Of a stretch of 64,000 nt of DNA, positions 15,056-33,631 are shown in pieces. Made by a program: the position numbers and the translations under genes. The first letter of the stretch is position 1; each line of letters begins with the position of its first letter. This DNA is from Vicugna vicugna. Its lineage: Eukaryota. The stretch spans positions 372,001 to 436,000 of the forward strand of contig MU059546.1 in the NCBI GenBank assembly GCA_013265495.1, in the 5' to 3' direction. A model generated the notes under the pieces. It was not told the origin of the DNA. It worked only from the letters and a program-made list of their open reading frames with translations, and made no database searches.

Positions 15056-15799
15056 GGTGGCCTGTGGCAAACACCATTGAAATCCTGAGGTCCTGCTGGG
15101 GCTCAAGACTCACCCCTCTCTACTTCACTCTAAACGACATATGCTCCTGGGGGACACAATGGAAAGGTACTTTTCTGCTCCTTAACCATCCCTAGCCTAC
15201 ACCCAGGACTTAACTCAAATAAGCCCTTAATTCCTTTATCACCTCAGGCCCTTGCCCTTTTTCTGTGCTTGGGCCAACTCTGTCCCCCTAAGACTGGGGG
15301 GCTCCCTGAGGGGTGGGGCCACACCGCAGTTCTGAGCGCGGTTCCTCAGTGCTGCCCTGGCTGTGGGGCCCCAAAACTCCAGCCAGGATGCGCCCTCATG
15401 GGACGTTTAGGGTTGGACCCTCAAGAAAGTCATTGGCTACCAACGCCACGGGCTGAGCGAACCTTGGTTTCTGTCCTTTGCAAACAACGGGCAAACCCCT
15501 AACCTGGCCACGGGGGCGCAGGGTGGCAAAGTGCTTGGTCCACTGTAGGGCGCTGTGCAGGGTGGCCGAGGACTGGACGCTGGGATGTCAATGCGGGACG
15601 GGCATGTGGGGAGGGTGCTTAGACTGACCCCTGACGGGCTAGGAGGCCTCCGCCTAATGGCTCCGAAACACAGGCCAGAAGACGACCTGAAGCCGCGCAA
15701 ATCGGACCCACACTTGGGGCGCGGGGGGTGGGTGGCACCAGGACTGTGCTGCCCTCGCACGACTTCAACGGGAAAGCGGGGAGGAGCCCCGGTCCCGCC

Positions 15800-15890
15800 C
15801 CGCGCATGCGCTCCGCGCCCCGCCATCCGGGGACCCGGCGCTCCCGCCATTTCGCTGGGCGCAGCCTCACGCTCCGGGCCGCCATTTTGC
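15800..15890. promoter_or_regulatory. NRF1 palindrome and two YY1 motifs in CIRBP intron 1
   Basis: GCGCATGCGC 15802-15811; CCGCCATTT 15844-15852; CCGCCATTTT 15879-15888. Confidence 0.55.
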
Positions 15891-16113
15891 GGCAGCGCCC
15901 CGCTCATGGCGGGCCTGGCCCCCGAGACGCCCTCCGGCCGCGGCTCGGCCGGGCCTCTGCTACCCCTCACCGCCGGCGGGGCAGACGCCACCCCGGGCCC
16001 GCCCCGGCGCCGCCCCCGCCCAGGGGCGTGCCGCCGCCGCCCCGCCTCGTCCGGCCGGTCGCAGGCCGCCCGCCGCCCCGGGCCCGTGGAGCCGGTGCCG
16101 CCAGGGCCCTCAC

Positions 16114-16189
16114 CACTGAGTTGGGCAGGTCCCTGGCGCAGGCGGGAAGACGGCGCAGCACAACGAGCCGAGCTTCCTAACGCGCGAGT
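16114..16189 (-). other. CIRBP: CIRBP non-coding exon 1
   Basis: ACTCGCGCGTTAGGAAGCTCGG...CTCAGTG|GTGAGG matches the recalled CIRBP leader; the next acceptor is at 15061. Confidence 0.85.
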
Positions 16190-16460
16190 GATTGGGGGGG
16201 TGCCCCGCGCCCAGCCTTATGTACGCCACCGCCGGGCTCCGCCTCCGTGCCCGCCTCTCTCTCCGCGCCAGCCAATCCGTGGCCCTGGAGTTCATGGTTG
16301 TGCCTCATATTCATAAGCCGGGGGGCTGGGCCTACACTGGCCCTGCCCCCTCCGGCGCGAGGGCTCCGGGCGCAGTGACTGGCGGGGATGCGCGGAATCC
16401 GCAATCTCCCGCCTGCGAGCGGGAACGGGGCCGCAGCGCGGCGGGGGCGGGGCTGACCCA
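16190..16460 (-). promoter_or_regulatory. CIRBP promoter
   Basis: TATA-like TACATAAGG at 16215-16223, about 30 nt from the TSS; CCAAT 16272-16276; GC boxes; TCCCCGCC at 16381-16388. Confidence 0.75.
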
Positions 16461-18399
16461 CTTCTGCGTGCCGGCCCCGGGCCAGTGGCGGGCAACAAAG
16501 GGCTCACGCAGCTGTTGCCAGGGGCCAGAGCCTTTTGGGAACCCTCCAGGGGTCACTGGAGCCCCGACCTTCGCTGTGCGCCAACAGTTGCCGATATATA
16601 CCGACCTCACTCAGGTCCCCATACCACCTAAGACCCAGTTCTCAGACACCCCAAATTATCTGAACCCCGACATCAATCCTTATATACTTGCCAACATAAC
16701 CGACACCCCAGAACTCGCAGAACCCCAACACTTCTGAATACACCTCACGCGGTCTGCCCCAAAGCCCACCCAGACCCTAACACTGAGACAGCTCCATTTT
16801 TGTGGACCTCAACATTCACCATGATCCCAATTCTTCCTACTTAACAACCTTGGGGCACCCCAACTTCACCCAACCCAGTTTGCCTACAAATTCCAGCCTG
16901 CATCCACACCTAACTCCCATCCCAACCCTGACTTCGCTTGCCTGGTGCCATGCCCACATCCCAACACTCACCTAGCCAGACACTTGTGCATCCCAGCACT
17001 AGACCACAGGCTGACCTTGACCTGGGCTCTCAGACCCACCATTGGGCTCAGCCCTCTTGTCCTAACATTCAGCTCAGCCTCTCCTCTCCGCCCCAGCCCC
17101 CCTTCCCTTTACCACATCCTCCAGTGCCCCCAGCAGCACACTGTTCTGCTCACCCAGAACCCACCCACTGCCCATGGGGTTTCGGTACCAGTCAGCTCCT
17201 CTCCCTGCATGTTTTTGCTTTTGGGGGTTCTGGAGACCTCTGCTATCAGGAGAACCAGCTTTTCAGACATCCTCACCGCCAAGGCTGCTGCTGCGATCCC
17301 CAAGGCCACCTTATGGGTGCTCCTCTTGTGGCCACCACTTTCCTACTTGCCCAGGCCTTGGCTCATGTTACCTTCTGTGGCCCTGGACCCTTCCGTGGGG
17401 TGGAATAAGCTAGCTCAGACCCAAGAAAGCCCTGCCCTAGAAAGTCTTCAAAGGGCAGACCCTCTGCATAAGTTAGGGAGATTTGAGAACAGAGACCCCA
17501 CTTTGCTGCTCACACCAGAAAAGTTCCAGGCCTCAGACTTGCTGCCACACTCAGGTGGGTCTAGCTGACTGATGCAGTCGGGGTGTGGGCATGGACACTG
17601 TCTCCTGCGACAAGGTCCCTGGGACCCCCACCTTCGGCTCAGGACCCCCTCCCCCAGGCAGGAGCTCATGACTCACTTCACCTTGTCCCTCTACGCCATA
17701 GCCCCCACCCCCATACAGCTCCCGTCAGCAGCAGCCTGCTGCTGCGTCAGCCACTCACGCAGGGCGCTTATTAAAAGGAGCAGAGAGAACCAGCACGCAG
17801 CTCCCCTTCCCGCTGGCACCCACGGCGCGGCCTGGGACGAGGCACGCCCGGCCCAGGGAGAAGCCCCGCCCCCACCTTCTGTTCTGCTCTTCCAGCAGAG
17901 TCAGGTCGGCGGCTCCTGACGCTGGTTCAGGCCTGGCGTTCCCTGCAGTCACGGGGTCCCACCATCACTCTTTGCCCCCCACCCTCACTATTCTGTGGTT
18001 CATAGTCTGTCTTCTGGTTTTGTGAAGTGCCCTGGTTCATGCATTCATTCCACCAGTACACCGTTACTAGGCATTTACTTACTATAAGCCTGTTGCTGGG
18101 TACCAGACTCCGTGGGAACCCAGGACTGTCCTGGGTTCCCATCATGGTGTGGACCTATACCTGTGGATGGATACCTGTCCCCAGGTACGCCTGGACCAGG
18201 CATTCTGTGGGAACTGTGTGCTTGCATCTCAGGTGTGTTTCCTGTATCCGTATCTGTGTTTCTGTAGTTACCTACGTCTGCATGTCCCGGTGACTCAGTG
18301 TGTAACCAGGACATTGTGTCCGCGGGGTGGGGGGTGTGGGCTCTCAGGAGCCTGGGACCACTTCTTTCCCTGGCGCGGCCGCAGGGCCACACACTCTCC

Positions 18400-19080
18400 C
18401 GACGGACACAAGAGGGCGCTGCAGCCCCGCTGTCAACCTGGCCGGGGTCTCCCGGTTCCGCCCCGCGGTCCAGCAGCCGGCCGGGTCGCGTGCACCAGAG
18501 TGGGAGGGAGTCCCCGTCCCGCCCCCAGGCCCGCCCCTGTGCCACTGGGGTGGCCGGGGGAGGAGGGGACTCAAAATAGCCGAGGGCGGGGGCGAGGCTG
18601 CTATTCGAAGCCTGGACGCGCGGGGCACGCCGCCTGCCCGGCGGGACGGGGATTAGGCTGGAGGTCCCCGTCTGCGCCCTCACAAGACGCCCTTCCCCAG
18701 GCACCCGCTGAAGATCCCCGGGCTGGGTGCCCCGCCCTTTCGCTCGCCGGCGTTGCCCGGGAGACGGGAGTGGGGCCGTCTGGCTCCCGCACCGCCCCCT
18801 CCGTCCTCCCCGCAGGGTCCGGCCCGCCGGACGCCGGATCCTCCCCCGACCCCAGCTAATGACCGGGCGGGGAGGCGGTAATGAGCGTCTGGGCCCAGGA
18901 CGGGCGTGGCCGGGATGAAAGACGCGTAGGGGGCACCCCGGGGCCGCGTAATTACCGCCCCCTCCCGGCCAGCCAGGCGGGGGCCGGGACCGTGCACCTG
19001 GCGGCCGCCCGGCTGGGGGCGCGGAAGTGGGACCTTCCTGGCAGAGACTCCAGCCCGCCTGCCTGGCCCAGTTCCCGGGG
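18400..19080. promoter_or_regulatory. Orphan CpG island
   Basis: CpG-dense with GC boxes and TAAT motifs; no coding exon recognised. Confidence 0.55.
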
Positions 19081-19109
19081 CCCAGAGCCAGAAAGGGGGA
19101 AGCGGGGAC

Positions 19110-19520
19110 TGGATGTGTGTGCACGTTGCCAGGTGTGGTGCACATGTGTGCCCGTGGGCAGGGACTCGTAGGTACAGACGCGCAGGAACAAGGATTCCGG
19201 GGACCATGCTTGTGTGGACATGAAAGTGGGGCTGTGTGCACGTGCACAAGGGTGGGGAAGTGTGTACACGGAACACACATGTATGTGTGTGCTCAAGCTG
19301 GTGTGGAGATGTGCGTGTGTGTGTACACATGGAAACATTTTTGCAGTGCCTTATGTGCAAGAACACAGGAGGCTGTGTGTAGATCCCAAGGTGTGTGCAT
19401 AACTGGGATGTGGGATAGCTGGGAACAGGGCTGGGTGTGCATGACTCCTGGGACTGGGACTCACAGATCATATGTGCCCATGGCTGGCAGCATGACTCAT
19501 GTCCCTGGGATGGGCACATG
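19110..19520. repeat. TG/CA-rich low-complexity sequence
   Basis: Interrupted GTGTGT, GCAC and ACAT runs. Confidence 0.6.
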
Positions 19521-22500
19521 CCATGTGCTGTGTCATGGGCCTCCTAGGGCAGAGGGGAGATACAAGAGGCCAGAAGCCAAGAGGAAGAGTTAAAATACTT
19601 CCACATTGTCCACATGCGTGAGTCCACCATCTGAGATCCCTAAGAGGCCCCAGGTGGCTGCCAACTGTGAGCACCCAGAGTCAACTGCCTGCACCCTGAC
19701 CTCAGTTTCTCTCCTGTTCCTAGAAGGTGGTCTTTTTGGTGGAGCATGGGGGGGGCACCTGGATGGAGCTCTCTGTGACTCCTGACCCAGGTGTGTGGAG
19801 ACTGCCTTTTCTGCTCCTGTCCGGGTCTCCATCCCAGGGGTGCAAAGGCCAGGCTGGTGACCGCAGTCCCCACCAACCACAGGTGTGGATTGGGACTCCT
19901 GGAAACACCCAGTTTGCCTCCTGGGTGTGTACCTGCATACGCATTGTGTACCTGCAGCCCACCTGTGCCTGGGAAGGCGGCCTGTGGGAGCCACAGGCCT
20001 GTCCCATTTTCTTTTTCCATATTTCAAGGAGACCTGGATGGTGACCCCCCCTACTGAGGAAAACTGGGGCACCAGCTGGGTTACAGTTGCAGAGCCAAGC
20101 AATCACACACCAAGAACCAAATTCAGGCATAGAACACCTTTCGGGTATCGGTGAAATGCCAGAGCTTGTGCAGGAACAGAGACCCCTGCATGCGCACGGA
20201 AACCCCAAGGCTTGCCTCAGTGGGGACTGGAGATGAAACCCACTGGGTTTCTGAGACTGGGGAAGGGCTGAGGTCCACAGCCCCACCCCCCAGGGGCAGG
20301 AGGAGCTGATCCCCACTGATGCCCTGTCCACTCAAGTGACCTTGGCCCTGCACCCAGGCTCCGTACAGGCACAAAGAGGAGCAGAAGTACCCCTGACTGG
20401 GGCTCTGACATCTCTGTGGCAACACTGGAGTGGCAGTCATGGAGAGGGTCCTCTCTTGGGGCAGCTGCTAGGGACTCCAGGGAAAGACGTCTGTCCGAAG
20501 TGGGAGGTCCGGGCACCGCACACAGCAGTAGCCCACAACTCACAGGTGGGCACAGCCTAGCCCCTGGAATCCAAGCAGGCAGACACAGGTACCCACAAAT
20601 CACCATCCCTCCCCAGAGGGTCAGCGATGGCCCAGGTGCCCAGCTGGGCAGGTAGGGGGTGTCCAGGCTCCTCTCTAGGCCTCAGGTGTGTCCTCTGAGA
20701 AGTGCACAAGCAGCAGCACTTCCTGGGTTCAGCGAGGGTGACCAGAGGGCAGCCAGTGACCAGAGCACAGCACAGAGGGGCTCCTGGGCCTTGGCCTTTC
20801 GCTTCTTTCTCAGGGGCTCAGGACACGCAGAAAACTCTCTCTTATGCAGCAGGAAGCCTCACTTCTTCTGAGGGTGCCCACACCCCAGCACCTGTCCTGC
20901 CTGGTCTGGCGCTGTTCGGGGGCCCACAGGCTGGAGGGTGTGTGGGCAGCGCCCGCAGCTGGAGCGCCTGTGTGCTGGGGGGCCGCTGCTGCCTCGGCCA
21001 AGCCCGTCGCCGAGGGTCTGAGTTCTGGCTGCCTGGTGTAACCTTCAATTTTGTGGTTTTCCTAAGGGAGGTCTTGGCCCAGGGTGAGAGCGGGTGACTG
21101 TTCCTTCTGAGGGTCACACGGTTGATTGCGGTTGTGGTACCAAAGTGTGGGTTGGGACGGGCTTGGGGGGATGTGGGCTGTTGCGGGCTGGGGCCCCTGC
21201 GTTGCAGAGCTGGGGCCTGTCACTCAGGCGAGACTAGCATGTACCCGGTGGCTGGGGACTGTGTGCTATGCATTTGAGTGTGGGGCGGCCGAGGAGATTG
21301 GTATGGATCTGGTGGCCGCAAAGGGCCCTGTGTGCGCGTCTGGGTTGTGCCGATTCTCTGGGAGGTCTGTGGGTAGCGTCTGGGCTGTGGGGTGTGTGCG
21401 GTGCAGTTGCAGACAGCTGTCTCAGGCCCCCAACTCCTCCTGCCTGCTCTGCCTGCCGGCGACCGCCTCCCGCAACCCTGTGGGGAAGGCCCCGCCCACA
21501 TTCCAGAGTAGTTAGGGGGTGCCCTCCCTGCCCCCCCCCCCGCACACTCCTGACCTCTGACCCCGGCTAAATCCCATTCCCTGCATCCTGGGCACCCAAG
21601 GCAGCAGCAGCTGGCTCCAGGGAGGGGCGGCGAGGCGGAGGTGGAGGCTGGAATGTGTGCGGGGCGGGGGTGAGGGAGGAGGCCCCAGAGAGGGGGCGGA
21701 AGTGGGGAAGGGGCCGGGAGGAGGAGACGGTGGGACACAATCAGGACGATAATAGAGGGAGACCGCTAGCGAGAGATGGAGACCCAGACAGAAATGTAGA
21801 CAGGAAAGCAAAAAGGAGAAACTGAACGAGGAAAAGAGAATGCAGAGGGAAGAGAGATAGGGGCAGAGAAGGATGGAGACAGAGGGGCAGACATGGGTAG
21901 GGGGGAAGACAGGCCCCTAGCCGAGGACAAGCGGCCCACTGAAAGGGCAGTCTCCCTTCCGGGGAAGGGCCCCAGGTGACAGCAGCCCCACCCCCACCTG
22001 CAGGCTGGGCTGCTCACCTGCCCCCAGTGACACCAGAGGCTGCCTGTCCTCTGCCCTCCCTAGTCTGGGTGGCCGTGGGTGGGGCTGGAGCGGAGACTCC
22101 TGGGTGGGGCCCCAGCACTCTTGGCTGTAGCTCGGTAACTCCGGTTCCCAGGATGCCTGCAGAAGAGGGCGGGTCCGCCAGGCCTGGTGGGAGTGGCTGT
22201 GCTGAGGCTCCTTACAGGTGCTGGGGGTGCAGGAGCTGGCCCCAGTGGGGCACCACACACTCCCATCTCCCTAGACGGCTCCTGGCCAGGGGCCTGGCTC
22301 CTCCCAAGCCACCCCTCACTGTGTACTTTGGCTTTTCAAAACCCTACAGCTAGCCCCAACTACCCATTTGGCCGCCACCAGGGGATTCTGGCCTGGAGCT
22401 GAAAGACATGACCCCGGTGACCTTCTCTTGCCCGCCCACAGCTGCCTCATCACCCCGGGAGCACGGCCCACCTGTGAGCCACTATCTGGATCCATGCCTT

Positions 22501-23249
22501 CAGTCCTGACTCCACGTATTGGCAGCCGCGCCTGTCCACACTGCCAGCAGGCGCCCTTCTGCTCCTCAGTCTTGCAGCTGTCTGGTAGGGCAAGGCCTAG
22601 CGGCTAACCTAGGACCAAAGGTTTTGGCTCACATCCTCCCCACCTGGCAAAGGCCACCCTGTTCACTCTTATGGCTGCCTTCTGAGTGGACTCCTGGCCA
22701 GAACAAAACTGAGCCAGTCAGGCAGCCACGAGGACTTCCTGCTGCCATAATCCCCCCTGGGTCTGCGACTCTCCCAGCTCCTGGCCCAGAAACTTCCAGG
22801 TGACAGGTGCCCTTAGGGGTATCTCAGGCTCCCCCCCCAACCTCCGGACTCCCTGCAGCCCCCTTGCCAACCATCTCAATGTGAACCAGAGACCTTCAGA
22901 CAACGCCCCATCTGTCCCTCCCCAGTCCTCTCCGAAGCCCCACTGGAGTTCTCAGACACCTCCTGGGATGTTCTGGCCTCTGCTCCCAACATCTGCTCCT
23001 CCTCCCCAAGCCAGACTTTGGAATCACCCCTTTCGGGTCTTTGCCTTTTGTTTTATGTCCTCCAACCTGATTTCGCAGATGTTCCCCAAATGCACCCGCT
23101 TTCACGTCTTCAGGCGCTTTTGCACACGCAGTGCCCCCCACCTGGGGCACCATTTTCCTCTTCCTATACTTGGCAAACTCCTATTCCTTTGGCAGAGCCT
23201 CAGCCCAAGTGACTTCCTCCCGCTCCTCCCCCTGCGCTCCCCTAGCCCG

Positions 23250-23760
23250 GGGGTCCCGCACACGCGGTCGTGGTGAGGGGGCAGCAGGCAATGGCTGAGC
23301 GTAGAAGAGGGGTGCACGCGATCGTACCCGTGCCAGGATCCACGTGCGGCGCCCCCGAGTACACCCCCTCTTCCGTCCGGGAGCAGCCGGCCGTCAGACC
23401 GCTTGGCGCGCCTCCCGCCCCCAAATTGCGGACATGCGGCCAGAGGGAAGGGGCCGCACGCCTCCGCGCCGCGCCTGCGCACTCAGCTGGTCCACGCCCG
23501 AGTCCCTCCTGCGGGCGGCAGCCCCGTGAGGCTATTGGTGCGTACAGAGGAGCAAACGACCTGGCCACCAATCAGGTTTCCCCTGGCCTGGGCCGTTCGA
23601 CTCAGTACGGGGGCAGGCGGGGCGCCCGCCCCATGGTGACGTCAGGCCCGTTTCGCGGCGCGTTGCCATGCAAACCGCGTTTCCATCCCTGCGGGCTTCC
23701 GGGGGCCGCCCCCTCCCATTCAGTCTTCCCCTTAATGGGGGAGGGGGCGGTGCAGGGTCG
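23250..23760. promoter_or_regulatory. Orphan promoter-like CpG island (NRF1, 2x CCAAT, GC box, full CRE, X-box)
   Basis: GCGCCTGCGCA 23471-23481; ATTGG 23534-23538; CCAAT 23568-23572; TGACGTCA 23637-23644; GTTGCCATGCAAAC 23662-23675. Confidence 0.7.
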
Positions 23761-24539
23761 TCCCCGCCCCCTGTCGTTCCGCAGCTCCCGTCCTCTGAGG
23801 GACTCAGTTTATCTTTCCGTGCTGCCCACCCCTACGTGGTCTGGCCTGCTACCTCTCCGGCCGCCTGAGCCCCCTCGGCTGGTCGCCTCCCCGCAACCCT
23901 GCCCTCGGGGCAGGTGTGTGCACTACAGTCCCGCAGACCGCAACCCCTACCCGGGGTGGGTACTCCTAGAACTCAGGGGCAGGGCTATGGCCCTCGGACC
24001 ACCAGGCTGGGCGCCAGACATCGCCTTGAGGGGTGAGTTCCCCGGGAGCAGGACAAGCGCCCCCCGCCTGCAGCGTGCAGACACAGCCCCTGTGATTCAG
24101 CGGGCGCCTCGGTCTACACCCTCCTTCCGCATCCCCCACCCAGCCCTGCGGCGGCCACCTGGGCCACAGCCCTGACCTCCGGGGGCCCGGCTGCGTGGGC
24201 AGGGGCTTCGACCTGAGGTGTCTCACCCATGCCTACACCCTGTGGCCCTCCAGGCCCGCAGGGACGTTTGCGCCTTTGAGCTTAAGATCTGAAGGGATCA
24301 GCCTGACCTGTGCAGCCTACCTTCCTGGCGTGGGCGTGCAATGATCTGGGGGTGACTGGGCGGCGGGAGGGGCAGGAGAGCCTTAGCAAGCTGTGCCCAG
24401 GAAATTCCCGGGATGGCACCTGTTTTCTTCCCCCCTAGGATCCCTGCAGCTGGGGCTTGGACCACTAGAAATCAGCAGAGGGGATGGTGGCAACTAATTT
24501 AACAAACACCTCAATCCTCTGGAGCAAGGAGTGTTTCTC

Positions 24540-24640
24540 TTTGGGCCACGGTTTTCTCATCTACCAAGTGGGAGAATAATTAGTTCTCTTAGGTGGCTGT
24601 GAGGAAATACATGTAAAATGACCTGAAGTATTGTTATGAT
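24540..24640. mobile_element. MIR fragment
   Basis: GGGCCACGGTTTTCTCATCTACCAAGTGGGAGAATAAT...GGCTGTGAGGA resembles the MIR core and tail. Confidence 0.55.
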
Positions 24641-25541
24641 TGTGTGTCTCTGCCCAGCCCCACAGTGGAAGGGAGGACTCCAGAGAGGACTCACATCTGG
24701 CCAGGCCTCAGGGAGCCCCAGGCGGAAACGGTGGGAGATGCAGACCAGGAAAGTTCCCAGGCAGAGCAGGCGCGCTGGCTAGGGGTGTTCCTGGGTAGGG
24801 CCTGGCCTGTCACAGGCCTGGAGGGCCTGATTGTAATGGTCAGGACTGGGGAGCGCTGGAATGCAAGGCTGGGCAGGCTGGAGAGAGTCCACCCAGGACA
24901 GGAGTGGAGCCAAACCTGGAGGCCCTGGGCGCCAGCCCCAGGCCTTGGCTTGATTCTGGGCAGGCGGCTCTGGAGGCCTACAGGCATCCCCCAGGGGTGG
25001 AGCTCAAGTCAGGGGTCCCCAGGCTGGCCCCTGCGCGTGGGCAGGCGGATGGAACTGCTTCCTCCTTTCTGTGGCTGGGGAAACGGTGGCCCAGAGCCTG
25101 CGGCCAGGTCTCCCTGGAGACGGAGTCCGTGGGCTCCTCTTCAGCCCACTTTAGAGCCTAGAACCGAGAGGGCGAAGCAGGCGGGCAGCCCCGTGCCCAC
25201 ACCCTGCAGGACTTCCGGCCTTGGGTACTGGGAAGTGGCCGGCCCCTCCCTCCCCTGGCGGGCGGCTTCCTGCCCACCCTCACCCTAGGGCGGGGAGGGG
25301 GCGTGGGAACTGTTCCGGGACACAACCCTCCCTCTGCACCCCACCACGGTCTGGGGGCCCAGGGACCCAGGGATGGACTTTCCACCTCCCACTCCCTGGG
25401 GTGGGGGTGAACCACCCCAGCATCCCACCTGGTCCTCCTGAGAAAGACCACCCCTTATCACACTCAAGAGACCCCTCAGTGACCCCCAAGACCACCCCAT
25501 CCCCCAAGCGAGTAGGCAGGATGTTCACTTGTTTCATTTTG

Positions 25542-25547
25542 TTTATT
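25542..25547 (-). terminator. MIDN poly(A) signal AATAAA (3'UTR about 1.8 kb)
   Basis: TTTATT on + strand at the end of the U-rich 3'UTR. Confidence 0.75.
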
Positions 25548-27307
25548 CCTTCAAATATTGGTGTTTGTGTAGGTTTTTTCTTTTCCAATTTAATGTTTTC
25601 ATACAGGAAACTCCCTCAAGGTGCTGGGACGCCCCACTGCCCGACCCCCCAAGGGCATGTAATGCTTTCTTGTTGGGGGCCCTGGTGAGGGCAGAAGGGG
25701 GTGGGCGGTTCCTGCCTGGGGCCTCCACCCTCAGACCAGCGGAGGCACAGACGTTACTTAAAAATCGTTACAAAAAAAACCCATCAGAACACACATTAAA
25801 TAGATATTCAGTGCGCATCAAAAACAAACCCGCCCTTTTTTTCTTTTCTTTTTTTTTGGAAAATGAAAACAAACAAACAAACAAATCATTGACCCCTACC
25901 CTCTGACCCCTCCCTGCCAACCCTCCCCCCCACAAAAAATGTACAGAGCTACAGTTAACACATGATGTTCACATCTGAAACCATTAACTTTAAACACATA
26001 ACGGGGTGGGGTGAGGACCTAGGGGTCACCTAGGGGGAAGGGGGGCAGGCACAGGGTGAGGGGTGTTGCGCAGCACAGTTGGGTGGGGCCAGGACAAGAC
26101 AGACAGGTGGGGGGCAAGGCCCAAACATCTCCATTATCAGTAAAAAATAAAAGTGAATGAAAAAAACCACCCCCATTGAAATGGCCCCAGTAGGGGGGTG
26201 TCTATCCCTCTGCCCTTGGGGGTCCCCCGGGGCATGGGCATAAGTGGGGAGGGTCCAAATTAGACCAGCAGCGAACCCCCCCCAAGGGGGTTAATGCTAC
26301 ACAGCGTTGCCCCTACGGGGGATTCACAGCTCAGCACCTCCTCCCCTCCCAGCTGCAGGAGGGCCCCCCCAACACAGTCCACAGGCCCAGATCCCTCAGG
26401 TTGGGTGGGGAAGGAGGGCTGGGGGCATCTACCCTGCCCACCCCCCTCAGCCATTTCTCTCTCTACTTTTTCAAGAGATTCCCAACCACTATTGGCTCAG
26501 TCAGAAAATTAATCGTCTATAAATACCCCAAGCTCAGAAAAACGGGGTGGGGTGGGAGGGTGGCATTGGAGGAAATCACACAGTGTGTGGATGGCGAAGG
26601 CTGGGGCGGGTCTCTTCCCCTCCCTCCCTCCTTCCCTTTCCTTTCCCAGCAGGAAAGGGTACCCCACCCCAGCCAGCACCCCAAGGCAGGCTACGGCCAG
26701 CCTCTCCCCTGAAACAGCTTTTCTTTTCCAGGAAAAGGAAAATGGAAAAGGAGACCAGGAAGAGAAGAGAGGTACAGGTGTTGAAGAGGAGCAGTCCCAG
26801 CTGGTTGGGGCGCACCTGACCTCCCACGGCTCCCTGCTGTGTTGTTTTTTGAGCCAGAGTTTGCAGGGGGGGGCGCTCCTCTCTGTGGCCCCCTCCCCTG
26901 TCTGTAAAGTGCATAATGAGGCATCTACATTTTTGACTTAAACCTGAAAAGGGTGGGGAGGGCGGCAGAACGGAAGGGGGGGCGGCTTCCTCGTCTCCAC
27001 TCTCAACCATCTGGAAAGACTGCTACATATTTGGAGCTTGGGAAGGGAAGGTGGGCGGGAGGAACCCGCGCGGGTCACAGATGAGGTTGGGAGAGGGAGG
27101 AAGGGGCGGGGAGTGTGAGCCGAACCAAGTGTGAGGCAGGAACCCAAGTCCGCAGAGTTCGTTCAGAGAGCTCAGAAAACCATGGTAGGAATTGAAATTT
27201 TAAAAACAACAAAAAAAACCACCAGAAGGATGCTGGACTGGGAGGCCTGATCCTCCCGCGCGGGGCCACGCTCACGCCACCCTGGGCTGGGGCGAGGGGC
27301 AGGGTTC

Positions 27308-33247
<5,940 letters not shown>

Positions 33248-33631
33248 CCCCGGCCCGCGCTGGGGGGCTGGGGTCCGCGGGGCGCCGCCAATTCTCGCCG
33301 CGCCTCCGGGCAGGGTGGGGGGCTCCCCACACCAGGGTCCTCGAGGTCCCTGGGGGCTGGGGCGCGTGTCCCCTTGGAGATAGTCCTAGGAGCGGAAAGC
33401 AAATCAGGAATCAAAAATCCAAGTGGCGCTCCGAGGTCGTGTCGGTCCGTTGGGGCGCCTTCCTGGGTGGGGACTGCACTCGCGGATCGTTTCAAGGCCG
33501 GCGGGCTCAGGGAAGGTTCCCCGAGGAGGGTGCGCCGCTGAGGCGGCCGCTCTCGAGGCCGTCTGCCGCTCGGGCCGCGCTTCACCGCGCGTCCCCTCCC
33601 TTAGCAACAGCCGCCGCCGCCGCCGGAGGAT
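33248..33631 (-). other. MIDN: MIDN 5'UTR part of exon 2
   Basis: Strong acceptor TTTTTTTCTTGTTACTTTCACCCCCAG|A at 33632/33631; (GGC)5 tract; no upstream ATG. Confidence 0.8.

Noticed and set aside
18075-19593. ORFs of 401, 279 and 236 aa
   Set aside because: Built from TG/CA low-complexity sequence and a CpG island (Cys/Val/His/Thr bias); no family resemblance.
23270-24175. 301-aa ORF over the orphan CpG island
   Set aside because: GTG start, GC-driven composition, no domain; the region is better explained as a promoter.
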